A DNA stretch of 64,000 bases from a virus: positions 1-64,000 of IMG/VR virus record IMGVR_UViG_3300005264_000005, one strand, 5' to 3'. The notes beneath the pieces were generated by a model. It did not search any database, was not told the DNA's origin, and worked only from the letters and a program-made list of their open reading frames with translations. The number at the start of each line of letters is the position of its first letter. Position 1 is the stretch's first letter. This document shows positions 51,403 to 59,866 of the stretch, one piece after another. The translations under genes were made by a program, and so were the position numbers.

Positions 51403-52323
51403 TTACTCCCGGAGTGTGCTAGAGACAAATTCTATATAAGTTTGCAGCTCAAGCATAAATGCATTTGTGTTTCGAATTCTGGCTTCATTAACGCTATATT
51501 CAAATACATAATGCATAGACATAAGAATATCAGTAATCGCACAAGTAGCCTCTTCTAAATCGCTGACCTTATCATTAGCCATGGCATACAAGTATAAAGT
51601 TTCAGCTGCACTGCTAAGTGTATCAAAGCCGCCTCTAAAGCTGTTAATATAAATACTATGACCAACACATCCCTTTAATAGTAAGCATACTTCAAAAGCA
51701 GTGAATCTGTAGTCAGCATTTATATTACAATTAATTAAAATATCATCCTTAATATGCTTTTTAAATTCAGTAAAAGGCTTGGCTAAATTTTTAAGTTTAA
51801 TTAAATCAATAAATGCCTGATCAAACATCTCTTTAAAAAAACTCTTATTGCTATTAACCTCTGTACTATCAAGTTCAAGATAAGCACTTCTTTCTGACAT
51901 TGCTTCAGTTAATAATCTATGAACATTTAAGTATACGCTTAATTCTGATGCAGTGTGACTTAAATTAGATTTGCCAATAAGCATTTCATTGTTACAGTCA
52001 AGAATTTTACTTAAATGACTATAGTATCCTTTTTCCAATCTCTGTATAGAGGCTGCCCAATTGTTCCACTTAGAATAAGAATACGTAATCGTAACAGATC
52101 CATTACTTATCCTTATATTATCAGTGTGCTCAAACAGATTAGCAGCCTTTAGCTCTCTTATCCAATGAGTTTTAATAAAGAAAGAAAGCTTTCTCTCCAT
52201 ATCAGAACTAGTATGAGCAGAAGATAAAGAAGAAGACTTAATGACTTTGTTTGTATATAAAAGGTATTGCAAATATGCATTTGATAATAAAAGTAAGCTA
52301 CTATGCACTTGTTGATCATTCAT
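51403..52323 (-). CDS. Hypothetical protein in Ubl operon
   Basis: 306-aa ORF between the Ubl and E2 genes. Confidence 0.55.
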   Translation of the reverse strand: MNDQQVHSSLLLLSNAYLQYLLYTNKVIKSSSLSSAHTSSDMERKLSFFIKTHWIRELKAANLFEHTDNIRISNGSVTITYSYSKWNNWAASIQRLEKGYYSHLSKILDCNNEMLIGKSNLSHTASELSVYLNVHRLLTEAMSERSAYLELDSTEVNSNKSFFKEMFDQAFIDLIKLKNLAKPFTEFKKHIKDDILINCNINADYRFTAFEVCLLLKGCVGHSIYINSFRGGFDTLSSAAETLYLYAMANDKVSDLEEATCAITDILMSMHYVFEYSVNEARIRNTNAFMLELQTYIEFVSSTLRE

Positions 52324-52651
52324 TAATGCTACCTCCTAGCATAGACATGAAGTAATCAAACTCAATGTCAGTTTTCATTTGTTTAAAAATTATTTTAAGA
52401 TTTTTTTCGGACTCCGTAAACTCTTGATATCGCTCAATGCTTAAGAAAGCTGTCTTAATCTTTGATTCAACATCTTCTATGACAGACAGTCTTTTAGTCG
52501 TTGTTGCTCTGGCTATTTCTTTACATACATCATCAACCTTAGACATATCAATTGATATAATAGACTCAGATTCATCAGGTAGATCAATAATTAAATCACA
52601 TAGAGATTTATCTTCTAAAGAAGTTTCAATAACTTCTACAGCTTCTTCCAT
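52316..52651 (-). CDS. Hypothetical acidic protein in Ubl operon (probable start 52651)
   Basis: SD AAGGAG before MEEAVEV. Confidence 0.55.
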   Translation of the reverse strand: MEEAVEVIETSLEDKSLCDLIIDLPDESESIISIDMSKVDDVCKEIARATTTKRLSVIEDVESKIKTAFLSIERYQEFTESEKNLKIIFKQMKTDIEFDYFMSMLGGSINE

Positions 52652-52709
52652 AATAACTCCTTTGAGAATTGAAAATAATGGGGGAGTATAACCTCCCCCA
52701 TAGAGCAAT

Positions 52710-52910
52710 CTATCCTTTTGTGCCAAGGCGCTCAGCGAAAGTAATGTATCGTACACCGTCTTCGACAGTGGTTGTAGAAGTACAGTTTAGGATATATGGA
52801 AACAATCCAGACATTTGATTTTTTACTGTTTCAGCATCAAAATCACCCTTAAGCTCAGATACTTCTTCAACATTCGCAATAGACACTACAGTTTTAATAA
52901 TTTCAGACAT
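52710..52910 (-). CDS. Ubiquitin-like protein (PRTRC protein C-like)
   Basis: 66 aa; FP.I.N...ITF....GTKG C-terminus ending in Gly. Confidence 0.85.
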   Translation of the reverse strand: MSEIIKTVVSIANVEEVSELKGDFDAETVKNQMSGLFPYILNCTSTTTVEDGVRYITFAERLGTKG

Positions 52911-52995
52911 GTTATTCTCCTTATCCCTTTTCTCTAGGGAAGTTAAAATGACTCACACGGGAGTCTAGTTTAGCTAAACCTTTTCTAGGTTAGCA

Positions 52996-53970
52996 TTATT
53001 GGTAATGATCAGCATTGAACTCAAAATCTTCTCTGTTTATAAACTGATTATGGACTCTGTATAAATATCCTATATTAGTAAGTAGCCCAAATGATGCTAA
53101 AGCCCAATCTCCTAATTGAATAGACCAGCCTCTTTTAATAAATTTTTCTACTCTAAGAAACTGATTAATCTTATCTGGTAAGATTTGAAATATAAGAACC
53201 TTATCGCGAATAGCATGTAGCGTACCTTTATGCCAATATATCTGACTTCCATCATATGCAATAGAGCTATGCTTAAAATCAAACTGACTTATTAAGTCTT
53301 CAGGACAAGCATAAATTTTTTTCATTATCTGGAACCTTAAACCAGTATCTTTTTGACAATACTCAATAAGATGTTCCTTCTCGGTACCAGTATAGTTATC
53401 GTTTTTCTTGAAGTATTGATTTACACTTTCAAAGTCATGATCACTGCTAAAGAATAAATCAAAATCACTTTCAATTGTATCAACACCAGCAAACCAATTA
53501 ACCATTTTGCCACCAGCTAATATAAAATTTAACCCTTGACCATAAAGCCCATCAATGACCTCCATGATAGCGGTAGTTGTATGGTTATTCATCTTAAATT
53601 TGCGGATAAAAACTTCACGCTCACAACTCAAGCAAATATTATCAAATCTTAATAACTTGCACAACATAGGCTTATAAAACTCTGTCATAAGTCCTTTGAT
53701 GTCACTGGGCTTAATATTTACCAGCTTCTTGTGCTCTACTTTAGTTGATGTAGAAAATAAATCTTTACCAGTGAAGTCAAGGTTTTTTAGGTTTTTAACT
53801 TCAGCAAAATCCGTAGATACTCTATTAGCCTTAAGCGTAGTGATCTGAGTATTAGACCAGTCATCAGCAGCTGACATAGCATAGCTTGAAATAGTAGTTA
53901 TATTATTACCACATGGAACAGTTAAGATAGGCTCTACTCCAAGAGCCGTACCCATAAAACTAGCTGACAT
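52996..53970 (-). CDS. Nucleotidyltransferase (class II/poly(A)-CCA head-like) with N-terminal extension
   Basis: ILAGG...SDFDLFF...FQI...FDF...R..K...RGW. Confidence 0.75.
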   Translation of the reverse strand: MSASFMGTALGVEPILTVPCGNNITTISSYAMSAADDWSNTQITTLKANRVSTDFAEVKNLKNLDFTGKDLFSTSTKVEHKKLVNIKPSDIKGLMTEFYKPMLCKLLRFDNICLSCEREVFIRKFKMNNHTTTAIMEVIDGLYGQGLNFILAGGKMVNWFAGVDTIESDFDLFFSSDHDFESVNQYFKKNDNYTGTEKEHLIEYCQKDTGLRFQIMKKIYACPEDLISQFDFKHSSIAYDGSQIYWHKGTLHAIRDKVLIFQILPDKINQFLRVEKFIKRGWSIQLGDWALASFGLLTNIGYLYRVHNQFINREDFEFNADHYQ

Positions 53971-53984
53971 AATATCTCCAGAAT

Positions 53985-54312
53985 AAATTGTAAAAAAAGT
54001 CAGACAGTAGCTTTCTCATAGATACTAACTACTGCCTAACACAAAACATGTATAAAAACCAAGAATATCATTCGCCATATTCTCAGCCCCCATACTTGCA
54101 CGCACGCGGGCCAATTGACCCGGATCCTGACGGCGTAATTCGGCTGGGTTTTACCCAGCTTTATTTGTCGCCTGCAGATCCATGGTCAGATCTCGTGTGT
54201 TTATCGATCGAGATTTTGGCCTGCTTAGTGCCCGGATCTCCCCGTGCGGAGCTCGAGGAGATTAAGGACCATAATCTCAGACCAAAGGTCGGTTAAGGGT
54301 TATGGTCCTTTT
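53985..54312 (-). ncRNA. Structured non-coding units downstream of the RT
   Basis: GC-rich island with hairpins AAGGACCATAA/TTATGGTCCTT, GCTGGGT/ACCCAGC, ATCTCG/CGAGAT; linker motifs at 54043-54058 and 53985-53998. Confidence 0.65.
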
Positions 54313-54322
54313 CTATCATAGA

Positions 54323-55099
54323 CTACCGATTCAGCAGTCTTTTAGCATCACAAGTCTTCTTGTAACGCATTAGTTTCAAATATTGCTCTGGATTGACACT
54401 ATTTAAGTATGCCAAGTATCCCATCTCTTCACTTGAAACATTTCCACTATAGATAGCAGCTCTCAATTTCTTGCGAGTCTCTCTGTTCATGGAAACTTTC
54501 TCATTGACCGTCATGCCGAGAACTTTTTGTGATGAATTCTTATATGAATATTGAATCTTATCGTTCCTAACTCTAAATCCACTATATCTAAGTCTCGATC
54601 TAACTGTATCAATTAAAGCTTTAATATCAGGCTTATCATAACCAGATATTGTAATATCATCAGCATACCTAGAATAATCTAGATTGCCTGTATCTAAAGA
54701 TTGATTTAAATCTTCATCAAATTCTCTTAAAATAATGTTTGAAATAATAGGACTACAAGGACTACCTTGAACTAGCTTATTCTCATAAGTAGATACTTCA
54801 CTCTCATATTCATCTAGAAAATACAAATCACTTTTCCTTATAGATGGAAAAAAATCAGCTATATCTATATTGAGAATCCAGTCTTTTTGAGTATGCATAA
54901 CAGCAGCGTTACTTGCACTAGACCCCTTTCTGAATCCATGACAAAAGCTTGATATCCACTCATCTTCCTCTAGCCTATTTTTAATTCTTCTTTGCTCTAG
55001 CTTCAACTCCTCACATGGAGCATGTATAATTCTTTTCTTGCCATTCTTTTTCTTACGATAATATATTTCATACAAAGACTTCTTATCGCTTAAAATCAT
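54323..55099 (-). CDS. Retron-class reverse transcriptase (258 aa from the ATG at 55099)
   Basis: KKNGKKR.I.AP, HGF, NA..H (region X), DIADFFPSI, QGSPCSP.ISN, YSRYADD, VLG (region Y VTG variant); SD GGAGGGAG. Confidence 0.9.
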   Translation of the reverse strand: MILSDKKSLYEIYYRKKKNGKKRIIHAPCEELKLEQRRIKNRLEEDEWISSFCHGFRKGSSASNAAVMHTQKDWILNIDIADFFPSIRKSDLYFLDEYESEVSTYENKLVQGSPCSPIISNIILREFDEDLNQSLDTGNLDYSRYADDITISGYDKPDIKALIDTVRSRLRYSGFRVRNDKIQYSYKNSSQKVLGMTVNEKVSMNRETRKKLRAAIYSGNVSSEEMGYLAYLNSVNPEQYLKLMRYKKTCDAKRLLNR

Positions 55100-55109
55100 T
55101 TTACTCCCT

Positions 55110-55740
55110 CCTATAGCAAGAGGCCGAAGCCTCCTACAATAGCACTTACTCGGCCAGGTTTTAAACCTGGCAACGAAAGGCTGAACTCGCAGAGTCAGAG
55201 CTCTTGAGTTCAGTTTAATTAATTGCCGAAACAGCAATTATGAATAACAAAAATTGTATAAAAAGAAATTTCTTTCTTAGAATACCAATTAAATTGACAG
55301 AGGAGATTGAAAACGAATAGAAATTTGTATCCTTTGGATACTAAATTTTCTTTCGTAGCGTAAGTTTTGCTGTCACCTTTGGTGTCTGCAATTTTTAATC
55401 CCCGCCAGTCAATTGTAATATTCTGAACCGCGAGTGTGAAGCACGAGCTTCAACACGTACATAGACAACCGAAACGATTGTCAAAAAAATTGTATAAAGA
55501 ACTTGCATAGCATTAACTAGTTAACATACAAGGATATACTTTCTTAAACTCAAGTAGTAGTTATGTCTACTTGAGTTTAAGAAATACTTCACTGAACTTT
55601 AGGTTTATTTCAAGTCAGAGTGAAGTCGTACTACATTCTTGCCGAAACAGCAAGAGCGCTAAGGAATAAGCAAATACAGTATGGTTAGGCATCGGTTTCA
55701 TTGTGAGTGAAGTAATTGTATTTTACACCATTAGCTTAAA
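55110..55740 (-). ncRNA. Array of three structured non-coding units upstream of the RT
   Basis: Repeated G-TTT-CG hairpin at 55637-55655, 55464-55482 and 55220-55240; TTTATACAATTTTT linkers at 55483-55500 and 55249-55264; 18-bp perfect stem 55540-55584; cUUCGg hairpin before the SD. Confidence 0.7.
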
Positions 55741-55742
55741 TC

Positions 55743-56228
55743 TTACATTACTACTGTATAGGAATTGCATCCAAAGATAGCAAGTTCTTCTGCTGTAGGC
55801 CTTTCTATTTTTCTAGCCATATTATAAATAACAGATTCTGGCACTTTTCTATGCCTACTTCTCTGCCTTAGAATACAAGTTTCAGGACTAGCATCAAAGT
55901 AATATAAGTGAAACTTACATTCCACATCTAATTCCTCTGCAAATCTTCGATATTGAGAACGCATTTCTTTAGTAAGAGACGTATTATCAATAACAATATG
56001 CTGATGATTAGGGAGCGGAGATAGCAAGATTTTCTTATATATTTCATGATGAGCTTTAAACACATACTTATTAGATGATTGTACCATGGCATCACCGGTA
56101 AACGCTTCTCTAATAATATCAGCATTAAGATTAGCATAAGACTCTAAAGAAAGCACTGTCATGTGCTTTTTCATAAACGTAGACTTACCACAACTCGGAA
56201 GCCCTATTGTTATGTATACATTTTTCAT
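55743..56228 (-). CDS. Polynucleotide-kinase-like P-loop protein (AAA_33)
   Basis: GLPSCGKST, D.IR, IDNT, R...R.R.VPE.VI..M. Confidence 0.82.
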   Translation of the reverse strand: MKNVYITIGLPSCGKSTFMKKHMTVLSLESYANLNADIIREAFTGDAMVQSSNKYVFKAHHEIYKKILLSPLPNHQHIVIDNTSLTKEMRSQYRRFAEELDVECKFHLYYFDASPETCILRQRSRHRKVPESVIYNMARKIERPTAEELAIFGCNSYTVVM

Positions 56229-56788
56229 AGGCTAAACTTCACTAGTATTTTAATTAAAAATAATAACTCTTCATCACTACTTGCAAACATTACACCTTTA
56301 ACATGCTCATTATAAAGATATTTAATACTCATGCAAGGAATGCTCTCACCAATAGCAAGCCCAAGGCTACTAGGAGAATCGTCTATGAATAGCAGTACGT
56401 TATAAGTATTAAATAACTCTTCCTTACCGCTCTCGCCAATCCATAAATCATCAAACGGTATATTGTTTTCACTTAGCCACCTTAATGTTGCACCGCAACT
56501 ATCAGGATGTCTATGAGAAGCTATAATTACACAGTAGCCAGCATCACGTAATGTCTTTACCATATTAGCGGCGCACTTAAACGGCTTATGCTCATACTGG
56601 TACATGTGAACTTTCTTAGCAGCAAGTAAAGCTTCTTCTTTAGTCATGTAATTTGTATAAAAGCCCCAATCGCCATTATTACCAGGCTTTGGACAATTAG
56701 GATTGATCTTCTTTAACTCTTTCCACCAAGGCTCACTTAAAGACCATAGCGTAGCATCTATATCTACAACAATGACATCTTTTTTCAC
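56225..56788 (-). CDS. HAD-family 5'-nucleotidase-like phosphatase
   Basis: VDIDATL, SHR, T..WL, K, FIDDS. Confidence 0.8.
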   Translation of the reverse strand: MKKDVIVVDIDATLWSLSEPWWKELKKINPNCPKPGNNGDWGFYTNYMTKEEALLAAKKVHMYQYEHKPFKCAANMVKTLRDAGYCVIIASHRHPDSCGATLRWLSENNIPFDDLWIGESGKEELFNTYNVLLFIDDSPSSLGLAIGESIPCMSIKYLYNEHVKGVMFASSDEELLFLIKILVKFSL

Positions 56789-56994
56789 GGGGCCAGTCCT
56801 TTGTCATGTTCAGAGTTAGATAAATCTATTTCTAGCATCTTAGCAATCTCTTCTAAATACCACTGCTTATGATGAGCTCCATCTGTTTCAAGAGCATCGA
56901 GAACAAAGTTTTCAATTTCATTAGCTGCATTTTGCGTAAGTTTCTTCTTCACATTATCTCCAAGAACAGAAAAGCCCCACAAATAGCAGGGCTC

Positions 56995-57657
56995 TTAATT
57001 ATACATTAGCTTTCTCATCCACTGCTTTTTAACTCTTGATCTTTTCCAGCTACGTCCTCTGTATCTAGGATGACTATACTCAATCCTTTTTGAGCACTTA
57101 AATGTAGCACCATACTCTAATAGAGTTTCACTAGATTCAATTTGAGCAGCATACCACTCACGCTTATACGGAGTAATGCCACAGTGATTACCTCTGTGCT
57201 TTTGCCAGCCGCCACACCATCCTTGACCGCCAGCTCCAGGTACATAATTAGCAGGTCGCCAATGATAAAGATTTTTCTTTTTAACAACGAAAGGCTTAGT
57301 ATTCCGTATATCAAACCATAAATCTTTAGCATTTAAGATTCTGCCTAGTTCATCTGTAACTCGTAGTTCATTTGGCTCAAATACTGGATCAAGCCAAACA
57401 TAATATGGGATGGTAATTGGTTCCCATCTTCGAGTTTCTTCATTCCATCTATTTTCATATCTGTACCTAGTAACATTTCGGCCTTTTATATAAATGCCAT
57501 CATTGTCACTATGGCTATATTTCTGACAGAATTCTTTTAGTGAAATTGAATGAGATCCACCGCTCCATATAGAAACAACGGTACCATAATGACATCTGAG
57601 GCAGTTAATCATTTCATCATAAGAGTCATAGCTAAACCCATTAACAAAATACTTCAT
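56995..57657 (-). CDS. Hypothetical basic protein
   Basis: C-terminal RSWK..R.KKQW motif. Confidence 0.55.
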   Translation of the reverse strand: MKYFVNGFSYDSYDEMINCLRCHYGTVVSIWSGGSHSISLKEFCQKYSHSDNDGIYIKGRNVTRYRYENRWNEETRRWEPITIPYYVWLDPVFEPNELRVTDELGRILNAKDLWFDIRNTKPFVVKKKNLYHWRPANYVPGAGGQGWCGGWQKHRGNHCGITPYKREWYAAQIESSETLLEYGATFKCSKRIEYSHPRYRGRSWKRSRVKKQWMRKLMYN

Positions 57658-57879
57658 AATTTTCTCCTTTAGATTAAAATATCTATAGCATACTCATTAC
57701 AGGCCTTCACTTATTAGTGTTAACTTACTCGTGCCAATCCATCCATGCAACTTTAGCATGGCGATACAGCTTTTTAAATGAATACTTTTCCCATAATTCA
57801 GGATTAGCATCAACCATTGATCGTGTTTCTTTTCTAATTAACTTTGCTCTTGTACCACGCATATAACATCCTTTGTTTT

Positions 57880-57964
57880 TGGAGACAGAAATGGAACTCA
57901 AACCCGAAATGCTTTACAGTAACAACTTTACAGATCGTTTCCTTGTCATTCGGATCATTCTGTC
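57880..57964 (-). tRNA. Degenerate tRNA-Tyr(GUA)-like gene
   Basis: Acceptor GACAGAA/TTCTGTC + T-CCA; anticodon arm ACGAT-CTGTAAA-GTTGT; long variable arm; D-loop lacks GG and T-loop reads TTTGAGT. Confidence 0.65.
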
Positions 57965-57967
57965 AAT

Positions 57968-58234
57968 AAGCTTTTTCTTAAATCCTGAATCCACTTAGAT
58001 TGATTAGCACAACGCTCTTGCTTCTCTTTAGTTAATGATAGAAAGGCTTTTTCTTTTCTTCTGCTTAGCTAAACTATCTTTATAGTACTTATCAGGCTCA
58101 AATTCTTCAGATACTGCAGCATCACTAGGATCATCTCTCATATTAATATACGCACTAAACGCACAAGCGCAACCAATAGCAAACTCCTCGAAGCTGACAC
58201 CAGCTTTAATACAAGCAGTATGTCCTGTAAGCAT
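57968..58234 (-). pseudogene. Internally deleted phage hypothetical gene
   Basis: N-terminus MLTGHTACIK.G.SFEEF...C..AF...MRDDP, then an out-of-frame C-terminal piece (..SKWIQDLRKSL). Confidence 0.4.
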
Positions 58235-58486
58235 AATTATTTCCTTTGCGCCATACGAGTTTTATGTGAAGCTTTACGCTTAGCACGGTTCTTAGCTTTT
58301 AATTTAGTATTCATACGATTCTTGTTAAAAGTACGATTCACTTCAACAACAAGCTTCTTATGTTCACTAAGAGTAAGCTTAGAGCTTTTTGTCTCTTCCA
58401 CAACAGCTGATTCGTTCTCGTTGGAAATTATTTTTTCTGGCTCATTCATAATATCTAATAGTCTTTCATCAGGGTTAATAGTCACT

Positions 58487-59090
58487 TTAATGCTCCTTTA
58501 GTCCGTATGTAGCACCAAATTCTTTAGCTGCATTAGGATCTAGTTTCATGTGAAATTTCTTAGTATCACTTAAAAGTATAAACATATCAGCTTCACTTAC
58601 AGGAGTATAATTACGAACATCAACGCCTGCATTAACACAGTTATTCATTTTATCAAATTGTTGATGCAAGTGTCCACAAATCCAGGGGACATCCAAGTCA
58701 AGGATGCAACAGCTGGGATCATGAGCAAGACCAACGGGGCCAATACCTGGAAAATCAATAAAAGAAAATCTTTGAACAGAACTAAAGCCCGCTCTAATGT
58801 AATCGCTCCACTTATAATCTGTATCATGATTACCTAAAATTAAAATGTGCTGTCCATTAAGTTGCTTAATAATTGATTCTATTCTTTCAAGACTACCAAA
58901 ACAAAAGTCTCCTATGTGATATGTAGTATCAGAATCTTTTACAACTGAATTGTGATTTTTAATTAATGTTTTATTCATTTGAGGTGCATTAGAAAATGGC
59001 CTCTTTGCATAGCTAATAATATTAGTATGAAAAAAGTCAATGCTGGTCGGCAGTAAAAAACCGCCGACCAAAAGTACCTTTATTTAACAT
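58487..59090 (-). pseudogene. Calcineurin-like metallophosphoesterase disrupted by a 4-nt insertion
   Basis: ATG 59090 gives FFTADQH* ; removing TGAC (59036-59039) gives TADQHFFHTNII..GD..GNHD..H..GHLH. Confidence 0.75.
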
Positions 59091-59234
59091 TTTTAGAATT
59101 CCTTCCAGTAAATGTATTAATTAGCTTAAGTGCGATAACTAAAACGAAAAATTTAAATTATTAATTTTATCACCACGTAGATTGCCATTTATATTATCTA
59201 TAACTTAAGGCACTCTCCTCAATTCTGTTTATTT

Positions 59235-59861
59235 CTACCGATTCATATTAGCCTTATAAGCACGAACCTGGTTAGATGTAATGCAATGTCCATCTGCTAC
59301 AAGAATAGCAGCAATTTCATCAGACATAAGACCTGGATTCTCATTAAGGCAAGCATACACTACTTCAGCAAAAGTAACAATAGCTTCTACTTCTTCCTCG
59401 TAATCTTCATCGTAATCTTCATTACAGTCATCATAGTGATCACATCCAGCACATTCATCATAATCTTCTTCGAGATCCACATCAATAGCAGGTGTAAGAT
59501 TCTCAAACAAAGAAGTTAAAGTATCTGCTAAGCTGGGCTCAGTTTCAACAATTGGAGCTATTGGCCCAAATGAATATATAAAATATTCAACACCATTGCT
59601 AGCAGTTTTCTTTGACTGTACAATCTTAGACTTTACACCGTTAATTGTTGGAGTAATGCCATGAGCATCAACCATCTCATAAATCTGATCCATAATATCG
59701 CTAACCTCATTAAGAGGCGCATCGTATCCAGCACCAGTAAGATAGTTTGTAATCTCTGACGCACAAACTTCACCATTATCTAACATGGCCCAATTCATAG
59801 TAATTCCAACAACATCAATGCTAATTTTTTTCATAAACTTATCCTTAATTATAAGTATCAC
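59235..59861 (-). CDS. Acidic hypothetical protein with C-terminal HTH-like motif
   Basis: D/E-rich CxxC region; SDEIAAIL..QVRAYKANMNR. Confidence 0.55.
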   Translation of the reverse strand: MILIIKDKFMKKISIDVVGITMNWAMLDNGEVCASEITNYLTGAGYDAPLNEVSDIMDQIYEMVDAHGITPTINGVKSKIVQSKKTASNGVEYFIYSFGPIAPIVETEPSLADTLTSLFENLTPAIDVDLEEDYDECAGCDHYDDCNEDYDEDYEEEVEAIVTFAEVVYACLNENPGLMSDEIAAILVADGHCITSNQVRAYKANMNR

Positions 59862-59866
59862 TTTAC

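Noticed and set aside
48771-53970. CBASS type II (CD-NTase + Cap2/Cap3)
   Set aside because: The NTase has class II-like GG/DxD/FDF motifs rather than CD-NTase features; E1 and E2 are separate and a dedicated Ubl is present.
54048-54296. 83-codon + strand ORF
   Set aside because: Antisense to the operon and overlapping a GC-rich hairpin island; probably a chance ORF.
55100-55237. N-terminal 46-aa extension of the RT from the ORF track
   Set aside because: It runs through hairpins of the non-coding unit; a strong SD precedes the ATG at 55099.
54323-55740. RT as a diversity-generating retroelement or group II intron
   Set aside because: Motifs are retron-like (NAxxH, QGSP, VLG). I see no template/variable repeat pair, no maturase domain and no interrupted host gene.
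55110-55740. CRISPR array
   Set aside because: Repeats are short, degenerate and 170-240 nt apart, with structured spacers; no cas genes in the window.
13757-59039. TGA stop-codon reassignment
   Set aside because: Only isolated in-frame TGAs; TGA terminates well-supported genes (e.g. i-spanin at 7228, primase-helicase at 17252).
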